From Macrostomum lignano (lineage: Eukaryota), in assembly GCA_002269645.1 (NCBI GenBank), contig NIVC01000070.1:682001-746000 (forward strand): a DNA stretch of 64,000 nucleotides, given 5' to 3'. Within the stretch, counting starts at the first letter, position 1; each line of letters begins with the position of its first letter. A program made the position numbers and the translations under genes. The notes beneath the pieces were generated by a model, which worked only from the letters and a program-made list of their open reading frames with translations, made no database searches and was not told the DNA's origin. Below, in pieces: positions 1 to 12,615 of this stretch.

Positions 1-3000
1 TTAAAGTTTAGTCGTAAGCAGTGAAACAAATATTTTTGAAAATCAGCCTGAAATATTAAATCTTTTCTTATTGTAGCTCTAAAAGGACTTAAAATATAAA
101 TGCCTCTCATGGGTCTTAATCTTTTTTAACATTGAACTTTTGATGTTAATCTCAACAGAGTGCGCTATTTCATTTTTCGATATATATTTTTATTATCGCA
201 CGAGCTATAATACCCACTTTAGAGAAGCTACATTCTGTTCACGTGGTCTTATTAAAGAAGAAAATTGATAAATGTTATTTATATCTTTGGTTAGCACAAC
301 CTAGAACCCATTTAACTCTTTCGATTGCAAAGCAGATGTTGTTATTTCGATTTTCGCTAGAAACGTAACATTATTAATGATTAAAAAATCCACTTTTAAT
401 TAATTTGTTCTGTTGATGGAATCAGCTAATAGCTGCGTTTTCTGATGTTTTTTTAAGAAAGATAGTCATATCTAACACTAAAGTATCAATTAAGGCAGTT
501 TCATTCAATATTAAAAAAGAAAAGTTAATTAAATTCAATTTTAAGTCTTTTTCAATAGCACAAAATTAACCTAACAAAGAGAGATTTAGCTGACTACAAC
601 AAAGCAAGTAGCACCAAAGTTATTTTAATTCAAAGTCCTCATCTGTGGGATGAGAAAAAGTACCACTTTTTTGTCTCTAGTTATGAAAAAAATTTTCTCA
701 GCACATTGTTAGGTTTTTTGGATGTTTTTTTTATGTATTTAGATGAATTTTTGCTATTGATCACCCAATACGAGCGTATGTTAGTCAGAACAAACAGAAT
801 TTGATTTATGTAGATAAAATCGACTATTTTTCTCTTAAAAACAGTCGTTTTTTGTTGTTTTCACTCAAAAAATTTTTTAACTGATTTAAAATTTGTATTG
901 TAAGTTACAAGTAAACATAATGAGTCAAAACAAGAGGTAGTAGAAACTGAAAAGAAAATAAGAGTAACGAATAATAAAAAAGTTGCATGATTTGATCAGT
1001 CAAGAAATAGTATTAAAACAATTTTGCATCTGATTTATTATCAATGAAATTATCTGTCTAAAGCACAAAAAATTAATTTCTTTGAAACATTAAATTCATT
1101 CTCATATGTGCTGCACTTCATTAAAGATATACATGTAGCAACTTAAACATTCAGTTGATACTTTCCACCTTTGGATGCATATAGCTACTAACAAAAAAAA
1201 GATAAAAGAAAAAACTTAATTGCCATTGATGCTGGCAATGTAATATTAAATATGGTACAGAAAGATGGAATCTCTACAGAGTGCTGCCACACGAATTTGT
1301 GAAGTGTTTAACAGATTAGTCATGGCAGTCCCATAACAGACATACTATATTTTATATTTACTCTTCGATTGACAATTACGCTTTAGATATGTTTTAGATG
1401 ATGATTTTCCATTGGGACTGACTCTATATATACCGAGGCCGGACACAGTTAAGTGCGGCTGACAGCACTGAAGCGGCGATAAACAGAGAATGCGATGAGC
1501 TGTGGCCTGTGGAGACAGCCATCTGATGTACGAGCATCAGTAGAAGGGAAAGAAATCCAATAGTGTCTTGCTATTGGTTTGTTACATGTACAGCGAACAT
1601 CTACTTTTATTCTAATGTGATCGATTTAATTCTACTGACCCAATTGGCTAAAGCACTGTAAACTGCACACATCTCGGACGGATATGTAATGCCATTTGCT
1701 GCACTTTTACCTGTTTCTCTGCCAGAACACCAGCATCATTGTATGTGCCACAATGCTAAGATGTGCAGCGGTCCTTTGGATGTGGTTAGTTCTGCAGGCA
1801 TCGACGTAATTTATCAAATGAGACGAATTGTATACCGAGCATGACAGCTAGTGCAGGGCCAGAATTGATTACAGAGGTTCGCCAGAGCAATTGCAGTGAT
1901 CCATGTGGCTGCCAAGTCAGACGTCTGTAATAGGCCAACTTACCAAGACCAAAGTATTTAATTTAAATTTATGGCTCTGTTCTTTTAGTAGTTATGCAGC
2001 CTAATTACATAAGAAAATAGTATTGTAAAATAGTAAAATAGTATTAAAGCTATGTTGCAGAATATAAATGCTTGCTGAATTCTTTTTCAAAAAAACGCAA
2101 GTCTGTTCGAAAAAAAGATACATGTATTTTAGGTTTTAAAAGAAATGGCTTCCTAGCTCATTTACTATATATTTCTAATTCAAAGAACTTTTAATGCTTT
2201 AAAAGACATATTTTGCAAGCCTAATTTTTAGCTAAACCAGTTTTGTAGATTTTAAGCTTCATATTTCAGTGTTAAGTACAATAATTAAGTTCTTGAGTGG
2301 TACAATATCAATTATTTCGGGTGTTTCTTGTTACGCGATAATTTTAAATACAAGCAATTTAGACGAAAAAAACAAAATGCTGATTTAAAAATAATATTTT
2401 CTATTGAAATAATACTTATTAAATAGTAAACATAAAATAAAAATGTATCTTATTTATAAAAAATAAAAGAAAACTTGCATTATTTCACAATTTTTGGTCG
2501 TTTTATTTTCCGTTGCGAAAAATAACAAATTGCTAGATTTCGTCTTAAATATTTGGTTTCTTGTGGTTTTAACGGCAGTTTCTTAATTAAATTGACGAAA
2601 GAATCGTTTTTGCAAAATAATTACTTTATTCAAAAACTTTTTTTTCTGTACCAAAACATCATGACCTTAATTTGAGAACTACCCAGATGTTTAAAATTCA
2701 GCTCAGATATTAAAATTTAATTTATTTATGGATATAGAAACGGTTTAAACAATTTTTACATGCTAAAAAGGAAACTCAAATCTATTGAAGTCTAAGAAAA
2801 ACTAACAGAATACATTTTTTCTGTTTTAATTTCTCCTTACTCTTAATTAGCTTTAGAATTAATGGGATAATTTCTACTTTACATACAGGCCTGCTCCGTG
2901 GGCTTCAGTGCAAAGTGTGTTAAGCCCATTCGGACCCTCCCTTCGCCCTCCACTCCTCCACCCTCCGCCGTGTGCCGGGGATTTTTAAACCCCGTATTTC

Positions 3001-3260
3001 AGGCTTGGCCGTCTGTGTACATGCTCTGATTTTAACCATGTATTGTTGCAAAATTTCAAGTGAGCTGCAGCTGGTCAACATGCAGGCTTTTGTGGAATAA
3101 ATTGAATACAAACATACATATAATTAAAGCTTCATAAAGCTATAAATGCAGTAAATACAATCTAATAGTTGACATTTTAAAACAAATGTTAGAGGCATAT
3201 CATTCCCCACTTCGTTCTTTGCTTTTGGCTGTATATATTTTATTACATTGTGTATTGTAG

Positions 3261-3393
3261 GGGGGGGCTACAATGGATGAAGCAATCAATGTACCAGCAA
3301 GTTGTCTTGTATGCACATCTGCAAAACTGAATCGTAGCTGTATAGATGAAAATGAGTCCGTTACAATCGAAACTGTAAAGTCGGCTATATATT
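3261..3393 (+). CDS. Candidate Cys-rich exon, possibly a three-finger/Ly6-like N-terminal part; gene not reconstructed
   Basis: Acceptor ttgtag before 3261 and donor gtaagt at 3394. Translates GGATMDEAINVPASCLVCTSAKLNRSCIDENESVTIETVKSAIY with CxxC-x7-C spacing. No partner exons found. Confidence 0.25.
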
Positions 3394-3565
3394 GTAAGTA
3401 CCTCTGCTGGACTACTACCCAAGCAGAGCTATATAGTACTACTAGTACCACAGTATATAACACGATAGTCTCTTAACCCACCTACACACATACATGTATA
3501 TACTCGCAGTCGCAGATATATTTACATGCAAGCAATTAATTAAGTTTATATTTATAAATTGACAG

Positions 3566-3723
3566 CAGTGGCGCAGCCAGCAGGAAAATTACTTGGGGTA
3601 GCCATTCTCAGCACCCCCGGTGGAGGGGTGTTTTAAGGGGGGTTCTCTGGAATTTCGGTGGAGGGGGTAATTTCGGGGGGATACAATTTCAGGGGCAGCA
3701 GGCCCCCACTGGCTGCGCCAGTG
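3566..3723. mobile_element. hAT-type MITE (158 bp)
   Basis: TIRs CAGTGGCGCAGCCAG / CTGGCTGCGCCAGTG (14/15). Perfect 8-bp TSD ATTGACAG at 3558-3565 and 3724-3731. Confidence 0.9.
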
Positions 3724-4239
3724 ATTGACAGCATAACGTTTGAGTTAATATGAACTAAGATGATGATACGAGAAGTTTTGAATTCAAGACGGCTTTCTAA
3801 ATAAACCATATATGCATTACAGTATTGCACTTTGAAGATGCTGTGAGGGGAGTGATGACTGGAAGGGAAAGGTATTAGCTAAAAAGAATTCTGAACAATA
3901 TTAAAGCTAAAAGCCTCAACCAGTGAAACAAATTGGTTCATCTTCATCTCCTTCATCTCACGCCTACTTGCAACTTTCAGAGCACTCCCAGGCATTCAAC
4001 CAATTCCGTGTACCTCTTGCAGCAATTTGCATGTACATGTACAAATGCAATAGATGTTAAAAAAACGGAGGCACATCTCCCTTCAGCCTTACTTGAGTCA
4101 GTGATGGTGCGCTTGCATTCAACTGAGCATACGTGTACAGTAAGAGCTGGACTCTGGCCAGAACTGGGTGTAGTTCTTTTCTGCTAGGTGCTGCAGACTC
4201 TCCCATCCGCGAACGGTATATTCCATCTTTTAGTTGAGA

Positions 4240-5895
4240 ATCACTCCACACTGCCACAGACAATCACTCCTCACTGCCACAGACAATCACTCCTCACTGC
4301 CACAGACAGTCACTCCTCACTGCCACAGACAATCACTCCTCACTGCCACAGACAGTTACTCATCACTGCCATAGACAATCACTCCTCATTGTCACAGTCA
4401 CTCCTCACTGCCACAGACAGTCACTCCTCACTGCCACAGACAGTCACTCCTCACTGCCACAGACAATCACTCCACACTGCCACAGACACTGCCACAGACA
4501 ATCACTCCACACTGCCACAGACACTGCCACAGACAGTCACTCCACACTGCCACAGACACTGCCACAGACAGTCACTCCTCACTGCCACAGACACTGCCAC
4601 AGACAGTCACTCCTCACTGCCACAGACAATCACTCCTCACTGCCACAGACAATCACTCCTCACTGCCACAGACAGTCACTCCTCACTGCCACAGACAATC
4701 ACTCCTCACTGCCACAGACAGTTACTTATCACTGCCATAGACAATCACTCCTCATTGTCACAGTCACTCCTCACTGCCACAGACAGTCACTCCTCACTGC
4801 CACAGACAGTCACTCCTCACTGCCACAGACAATCACTCCACACTGCCACAGACACTGCCACAGACAGTCACTCCACACTGCCACAGACAATCACTCCACA
4901 CTGCCACAGACACTGCCACAGACAGTCACTCCACACTGCCACAGACAATCACTCCTCACTGCCACAGACAGTCACTCCTCACTGCCACAGACAATCACTC
5001 CTCACTGCCACAGACAATCACTCCTCACTGCCACAGACAGTCACTCCTCACTGCCACAGACAATCACTCCTCACTGCCACAGACAGTTACTTATCACTGC
5101 CATAGACAATCACTCCTCATTGTCACAGTCACTCCTCACTGCCACAGACAGTCACTCCTCACTGCCACAGACAGTCACTCCTCACTGCCACAGACAATCA
5201 CTCCACACTGCCACAGACACTGCCACAGACAGTCACTCCACACTGCCACAGACAATCACTCCACACTGCCACAGACACTGCCACAGACAGTCACTCCACA
5301 CTGCCACAGACAATCACTCCTCACTGCCACAGACAGTCACTCCTCACTGCCACAGACAATCACTCCTCACTGCCACAGACAGTCACTCCTCACTGCCACA
5401 GACAATCACTCCTCACTGCCACAGACAGTTACTCATCACTGCCATAGACAATCACTCCTCACTGCCACAGACAGTCACTCCTCACTGCCACAGACAGTCA
5501 CTCCTCACTGCCACAGACAGTCACTCCTCACTGCCACAGACAATCACTTCACACTGCCACAGACACTGCCACAGACAGTCACTCCACACTGCCACAGACA
5601 ATCACTCCACACTGCCACAGACACTGCCACAGACAGTCACTCCACACTGCCACAGACAATCACTCCACACTGCCACAGACACTGCCACAGACAGTCACTC
5701 CTCACTGCCACAGACAGTCACTCTTCATCGACACAGACAGTCACTCCACACTGCCACAGACAATCACTCCACACTGCCACAGACACTGCCACAGACAATA
5801 ACTCCACACTGCCACAGACAATTACTCCACACTGCCACAGACAATCCTCCACACTACCACAGAGACAATATCACTCCACACTGCCACAGACAATG
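4240..5895. repeat. Minisatellite, ~23-bp unit CACTGCCACAGACA(G/A)TCACTCCT
   Basis: Direct tandem array with variant sub-units. It explains ORFs 4188-5105 and 5120-5896. Confidence 0.95.
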
Positions 5896-6381
5896 ACTCG
5901 AAGTTATATTCCGAAAGTATAAACTCGAAATTCAGTTTTTGCTCTCCAATTCAATGCTTTGATGACAGCTGCGCCCAAGGTTTTGTTTATTTCAAAAAGT
6001 CGCTTTTCCATCTCATTTTGCTAAGGAATTCGGAGAAAGATGTAGAAAACTATGAGAAGATAGAAATCAGCTGAAATGCTACTGCAAACTACCAGATTGT
6101 TTTCGAGCATCAGGGGCTATCCATGCATTTTTTATGTTGTTCAGAAAGTAGCATGATAAAAAACCACGGCGTAGAAAAGGAGATTGATTTGTTGCAAAAT
6201 CTAAGTTTATCGTTGGAAACAAAAAAGTGAGTATTTTACACTAACAAGCTAACAAACTGTAAAGAAGATTAAAATATGATAAGCATTGTATTAAGTTTCG
6301 GTAAAGAATGTTTAAGTTTATAATGTTTTTTCATCCGTTGAAGCTCTTCAAACTCGTCAAGGTCGTCATTGTTTGCTCCTT

Positions 6382-7001
6382 TTAGAAGCAGCGGAGAGTG
6401 GCGGCAATGACGAGAGGCAGAGCCAGGCTCAGAGGCGCAACGGAGCGCACAGCGGCAAAGGCGGAGTTACACTGGTCGGTGTTGCAGGTGTTGCAGTCGG
6501 TCCAGGCAGAGTTGCAGCCACCGCAGCTGCCACGGTAACTCTGCCATTGTCAGGGGGGGGCGAGAATCAGGCTGTGCTGGCCGCAAAAAGTCTAACGCGG
6601 ACTCTGCTTAACTTACAGTGAGAGTCAGGCTGTTCTTGAACATCGAACTCGAAGCAGGCGTAGTTGTTGTAGTTTGGTACTTGTAGCAGGTGGTAACGGC
6701 GCTGCCGCACTCCGTCGCTGTCGGAGTTCCTCCCGTGATGCCGGAGTATTGGTACGTCAGGCAGGTGATTGCGTGGCCCGCACCTGAGGATTGAGAAGTA
6801 TTGGTTACATAACCACAGACCACCAGTTTGAAAATGGGTGCGTACACTTCCTGACGATAATGAGAAAGTAATGTGCCGCCTGTACACTATGTTTTTAGGG
6901 GGTCAGCGGAATAGGCGTGGGAGTTCCCAAATCACCAACTTACCAAACAAGGTGACCACAATAAGAAAAGCCAGACAAATAGAGTTCGTTTTGTTAAGCA
7001 T
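6382..7001 (-). CDS. Ly6/uPAR (three-finger) GPI-anchored protein, 127 aa, 3 exons
   Basis: Exons 7001-6944 (MLNKTNSICLAFLIVVTLF, signal peptide, phase-1 gtaagt donor), 6783-6617 and 6540-6382; both introns GT-AG and in phase. Mature part has 8 Cys ending in CNTCNTDQCN, then a hydrophobic GPI-type tail SAFAAVRSVAPLSLALPLVIAATLRCF. Confidence 0.88.
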
Positions 7002-7121
7002 TTTTGCTTTCTGCTAAGGCTAATTCTGTAATTTTGGCCAACCAAAAAGTTGCGATTGAGCTGCAAAAAATCCCAGAAACACCGATGCGGGGATGGCTTT
7101 ATGGGCCAAGCTAAGTGGCCC

Positions 7122-7136
7122 GTTGCCATGGGAAAC
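7122..7136. promoter_or_regulatory. RFX X-box-like motif upstream of the Ly6 gene
   Basis: GTTGCCATGGGAAAC about 120 bp upstream of the ATG at 7001. Further half-sites GTTGCC (~7241) and GTAGCAAC (~7268). Confidence 0.35.
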
Positions 7137-7544
7137 CTGGGAAGAGCTGCTTGGGGTGGCTTCTTAGGAAGGCCGACAGCTTGGATACCCGGGCTCTTAA
7201 CCCGCTCAGTTGCTGAGACTCACAGCCGTCCCAGGTACCCGTTGCCACGAACGCCTGATTCAGCGCGTAGCAACTACGACAAGCCCCCTTAGAACTCCAT
7301 GGCTAAACCAAAAATGAGGGCTTTAACAAGTAGGAAAGTTGCTTCTCCGTAATCAGTAGGTCCTGCACGGGGTTTGAAGAGGGACAAAAGAGAGCAGAAA
7401 AGTCTACACAATGCAGCGAGAGAATCGATGAGTCGGTAGAATGCTCCTCTGTACAGGATATCGATTTTGGTGTTGAAATACAGAAAGGAGCTGGGAAACT
7501 TGAGGCCATGGAAGTTTCTGATCCGTTAGCAAGGGATGGAGGGC

Positions 7545-7810
7545 TTGGCGAATCCGTCCCCAGACTGCCAGAATCTCTCCGAGCTGACTCTGAGAATCTC
7601 CCCAGACTGCCAGAATCTCTCCAAGCTGACTCTGATAATCTCCCCAGACTGCCAGAATCTCTCCGAGCTGACTCTGAGAATCTCCCCAGACTGACTCTGA
7701 GAATCTCCCCAGACTGACTCTGAGAATCTCCCCAGACTGACTCTGAGAATCTCCTCAAACTGACTCTGAGAATCTCTCCAAACTGACTCTGAGAATCTCT
7801 CCAAACTGAC
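7545..7810. repeat. Minisatellite, 23-bp unit CTGACTCTGAGAATCTCCCCAGA
   Basis: Tandem copies visible; source of ORFs 7508-7717 and 7526-7867. Confidence 0.9.
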
Positions 7811-8149
7811 TCGCCCCGTAAAATGACCGTGAGAATGAGTATTCCGAGCAGGATTACAAATTGACACAAAAACGTGTATTTTACTTCCTAAGCTACTTAA
7901 TTAGTAGTATGAATGGACAAAAGGAAGAAAAGCATTGCGAGAAAGATACGAAAACTTTTATTTTTCAGGCTTTTGTCAAGTTCAGTTCAGTACGAGCGTG
8001 CTTGATGAGAAATGTATTTACTGAAACAGCCCCACATTAGTATCTTTCTTATAAGGAAGGCTATCTTCTTCCAAGGACAACTTAAATGCAAATGTAGATT
8101 GACGCTATATACTTGGCTTTCTTAAAAATCGCGTGTAGTGTTCCACCTA

Positions 8150-8635
8150 TAGACCTTTCCCTCGGGTAGTTTATCCATAAGACCTTTACCTCAAGACCTT
8201 TCCCTCAGGTAGTTTACCATAAGACCTTTCCCTCAGGTAGTTTACCTATAAGACCTTTACCTCAAGACCTTTCCCTCAGGTTGTTTACCTATAAGACCTT
8301 TCCCTCAGGTAGTTTACCTATAAGACCTTTCCCTCGGGTAGTTTACCTATAAGACCTTTCCCTTCAGGACCTATCCCTCGGGTAGTTTACCTATAAGACC
8401 TTTCCCTTCAGGACCTTTCCTTCGGGTAGTTTACCTATAAGACCTTTCCCTCGGGTAGTTTACCTATAAGACCTTTCCCTTCAGGACCTTTCCTTCGGGT
8501 AGTTTACCTATAAGACCTTTCCCTCGGGTAGTTTACCTATAAGACCTTTTCCTTCAGGACCTTTCCCTCGGGTAGTTTACCTATAAGACCTTTTCCTTCA
8601 GTACCTTTCCTTCAGGTAGTTTACCTCAAGGACTA
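8150..8635. repeat. Compound minisatellite GACCTTTCCCTC(G/A)GGTAGTTTACCTATAA with GACCTTTCCCTTCAG sub-units
   Basis: Tandem copies visible. Confidence 0.9.
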
Positions 8636-9098
8636 CTTAAGGCATTCACTTCATGTCATTCTGCCACAAAATCATGAAACACCAAACGTATAGTATTACT
8701 CAGTTTGCACTCAAGAAACTCATTCCAGCTCAATAAGTAGTTATAAACACCAGAAAAGTAATTTGTATGGTAAAAACTAATGTTTTTCTGTCAAATTACC
8801 CTCGATTATTCAATTATGTCATGTGGAGTCACTATCATTTGACAGAATCGCTATAAGCATAGTATCGTGAAATTTGGCCTTCAAAAAATTATCCACGATT
8901 CCGGAATGTTACGTCCTGTTTAACGAAGTGACTTCAGTGGTCCTTGGTTTACCTATAAGACATTTGCCTCAAAACCTCAAAATTTTCATCAATAATTTAA
9001 AGCAACGCGTATTTGCCTTAAATAATTTATTCAACATTTCAGCAGGTTTTTTTCATTGTCGCCATCATAAGCAAAATTTTCAATCGTCATTTAACAAT

Positions 9099-12000
9099 CT
9101 ATTTAAGTATAATTCTCATCTGGTCGGCAAACTCCACAGACTCGTCGTAGACCTTGTTCTCCTTGGCGTAGTACAGAATGGGAAAATCTCCTTTGGCTCG
9201 CTTGGCCCAACTGCACGGTTGGTCATCTCTCTCAATGACCCCCATCAGGCCGCTGTCGCTACTGCAGCCCTGGTGCCTGTTGTGTATGTAGAAACTGCGA
9301 TGCAGTCCTGCCGTTCTGTTTCGGTAACCTTCGATGCTAAAGTCGACAAATGGGCCTCGTTTGTCAATTGTGAATGGAGTCGAATCAATCAGCCGCTCAC
9401 TCGAGAACCAATTGGAAGTGTTGAGTTTGACTCTGTCTGTCACATCGAAGCTTGCGGACGCCATCACCGTCTGCCTGAGCAGCATTTGCACCACAATTCG
9501 CTGCGCGTCAAATTCTTTTAGATAGGTTTTGAAGAATCTGTCGTCTAAGATTGACGATCGATACACCAGGTAATAATTGGGGTTCACGTTTCTGAATCCG
9601 TGATAGGTTTGCTTGCCAGTGAGAAACTCATTCACGGCTGAGTGGCCCGAGCCTGCTCGAATCGAGAACAGCACCTCTGAAAAGCATTTGGTTCGGATCT
9701 CTAATCACCTCTCCAGCCATCTCTTATTCACCTCTCCTGCCATCTCTAATCACCTCACCTGTCATCTCTAATCACCTCCCCTGCCATCTCTAATCACCTC
9801 TCCTGCCATCTCTAATCACCTCTCCAGCCATCTCTTATTCACCTCTCCTGCCATCTCTAATCACCTCTCCTGCCATCTGTAATCACCTCTCCAGCCATCT
9901 CTTATTCACCTCTCCTGCCATCTCTAATCACCTCACCTGTCATCTCTATTCACCTCTCCTGCCATCTCTAATCACCTCTCCTGCCATCTCTAATCACCTC
10001 TCCAGCCATCTCTAATCACCTCTCCTGCCATTTCTAATCACCTCTCCTGCCATCTCTAATCACCTCTCCTGCCATCTCTAATCACCTCTCCTGCATCTCT
10101 ATTCACTTCTCCTGCCATCTCTAATCACCTCTCCTGCCATCTCTTATTCACCTCTCCTGCCATCTCTAATCACCTCACCTGTCATCTCTATTCACCTCTC
10201 CTGCCATCTCTAATCACCTCTCCAGCCATCTCTAATCACCTCTCCAGCCATCTCTTATTCACCTCTCCTGCCATCTCTAATCACCTCTCCTGCCATCTCT
10301 AATCACCTCTCCAGCCATCTCTTATTCACCTCTCCTGCCATCTCTAATCACCTCTCCTGCCATCTCTATTCACCTCTCCTGCCATCTCTAATCACCTCTC
10401 CTGCCATCTCTAATCACCTCTCCAGCCATCTCTAATCACCTCTCCTGCCATCTCTAATCACCTCTCCTGCCATCTCTAATCACCTCTCCTGCCATCTCTA
10501 ATCACCTCTCCTGCATCTCTATTCACTTCTCCTGCCATCTCTAATCACCTCTCCTGCCATCTCTAATCACCTCTCCAGCCATCTCTAATCACCTCTCCTG
10601 CCATCTCTAATCCCCTCACCTGTCATCTCTAATCACCTCACCTGCCATCTCTAATCACCTCACCTGTCATCTCTATTCACCTCTCCTGCCATCTCTAATC
10701 ACCTCTCCTGCCATCTCTAACCACCTCAACTGTCATCTCTATTCACCTCTCCAGCCATCTCTAATCACCTCTCCTGCCATCTCTAATCACCTCTCCTGCC
10801 ATTTCTATTCACCTCTCCTGCCATCTCTAATCACCTCTCCAGCCATCTCTAATCACCTCTCCTGCCATCTCTAATCACCTCTCCTGCCATCTCTAATCAC
10901 CTCTCCTGCCATCTCTAATCACCTCTCCTGCCATCTCTATTCACATCTCCTGCCATCTCTATTCACCTCTCCTGCCATCTCTAATCACCTCTCCTGCCAT
11001 CTCTAATCACCTCTCTTGCACCTCTATTCACATCTCCTGCCATCTCTATTCACCTCTTCTGCCATCTCTATTCACCTCTCCTGCCATCTCTAATCACCTC
11101 TCCAGCCATCTCTAATCACCTCTCCAGCCATCTCTATTCACCTCTCCAGCCATCTCTAATCACCTCTCCTGCCATCTCTAATCACCTCTCCTGCCATCTC
11201 TAATCACCCCTCCTGACATCTCCAATCACCCCTTCTGACATCTCCAATCACCTCTCCAGCCATCTTTATTCACATCTCCTGCCATCTCTAATCACCTCTC
11301 CTGTCATCTCTAATCACATCTCCTGCCATCTCTAATCACCTCTCCTGTCATCTCTAATCACCTCTCCAGCCATCTCTAATCACCTCTCCTGCCATCTCTA
11401 ATCACCTCTCCTGCCATCTCTTTTCACATCTCCTGCCATCTCTATTCACCTCTTCTGCCATCTCTATTCACCTCTCCTGCTATCTCTAATCACCTCTCCT
11501 GCCATCTCTAATCACCTCTCCTGCCATCTCTATTCACATCTCCTGCCATCTCTAATCACCTCTCCTGCCATCTCTAATCACCTCTCCTGCCATCTCTATT
11601 CACATCTCCTGCCATCTCTATTCACCTCTTCTGCCATCTCTATTCACCTCTCCTGCCATCTCTAATCACCTCTCCTGCCATCTCTAATCACCTCTCCTGC
11701 CATCTCTATTCACCTCTCCTGCCATCTCTATTCACCTCTTCTGCCATCTCTATTCACCTCTCCTGCCATCTCTAATCACCTCTCCAGCCATCTCTAATCA
11801 CCTCTCCAGCCATCTCTAATCACCTCACCTGCCATCTCTAATCACCTCTCCAGCCATCTCTAATCACCTCTCCAGCCATCTCTATTCACCTCTCCAGCCA
11901 TCTCTAATCACCTCTCCTGCCATCTCTAATCACCTCTCCTGCCATCTCTAATCACCTCACCTGCCATCTCTATTCACCTCTCCAGCCATCTTTATTCACA

Positions 12001-12220
12001 TCTCCTGCCATCTCTAATCACCTCTCCTGCCATCTCTAATCACCTCTCCTGTCATCTCTAATCACCTCTCCAGCCATCTGCATTCAGCTCTCATGAAAGG
12101 TGAGCAAAGGCAAATAAATAAATAAAAGGAATTCCAACAAGGCTCACTTTCCGACCCAAACTCGTTGAATGCAAAGCAAGCTGAGAACAGAAAAAACAGC
12201 AGCAGCCAAGCGCTCGTCAT
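9099..12220 (-). CDS. Secreted uncharacterised protein, paralog A (216 aa, 2 exons)
   Basis: Exon 1 12220-12148 (73 nt, MTSAWLLLFFLFSACFAFNEFGSE, signal peptide, donor gtgagc). Exon 2 9676-9099 after ttttcag, phase 1. AATAAA on the minus strand at 9026-9031. Motifs shared with paralog B: YRS..LD, SNWF, FSIEG, RSFYIH..H.GC..D.GL.GV, CSW, YYAK, ADQ. Confidence 0.85.
9705..12078. repeat. Minisatellite, 22-bp unit CACCTCTCCTGCCATCTCTAAT (~108 copies), filling the intron of paralog A
   Basis: Tandem array directly visible. Confidence 0.97.
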
Positions 12221-12615
12221 GCTTCTCTGGTTGAGCAAATTTGTAAAACTGAGTTCAAAGTTAGAACTGTTTTGCTATTTGGTATTTCTGCTCTGGGTTG
12301 AAGTGAAATTTTCAATAGAAATAGTTGAAAATTGTTTCTATTTAAACAACATATCGAAAAATGTAAAAAATGTATGGATCGCATTTTTGATTGGTAAAAT
12401 TGAGCTTGGGTAATTTTTTACGTTTTGTAAAAACGAATGTCTGTTGAAGAATAATATCGCTTAAAAAACTTTTGTAGCCCTTTATCTTTGAATTTAAATC
12501 TACTGCTGGATTTGGGTCATAGAGTTTTATGGCTATAAAAATATGAAAGGGTGAGGCAAGTAATGACAAGATATTAACAGGATTAATAATCTTTGATTGT
12601 ATCGAGAACAGAAAA
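12221..12615. promoter_or_regulatory. Putative bidirectional promoter between the two secreted paralogs
   Basis: 395-bp AT-rich spacer between divergent ATGs (12220 minus, 12616 plus). TATAAAA at 12534-12540 on the plus strand. Confidence 0.55.

Noticed and set aside
4188-5896. Long His/Thr-rich ORFs (305 and 258 aa)
   Set aside because: Translations of a 23-bp minisatellite; all frames cycle through the same peptides.
6852-6872. CTGACGA...GAAA hammerhead-like cores (also at ~62702)
   Set aside because: No convincing stems I-III around the core.
7303-7869. 188-aa ORF with a signal-peptide-like start (MCQFVILLGILILTVIL)
   Set aside because: Starts at TTG, its middle is minisatellite, and the Ly6 gene has its own signal exon at 7001-6944. 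It could still hide a small exon, but I cannot support a gene.
8874-9521. 215-aa plus-strand ORF
   Set aside because: Antisense shadow of paralog A exon 2.
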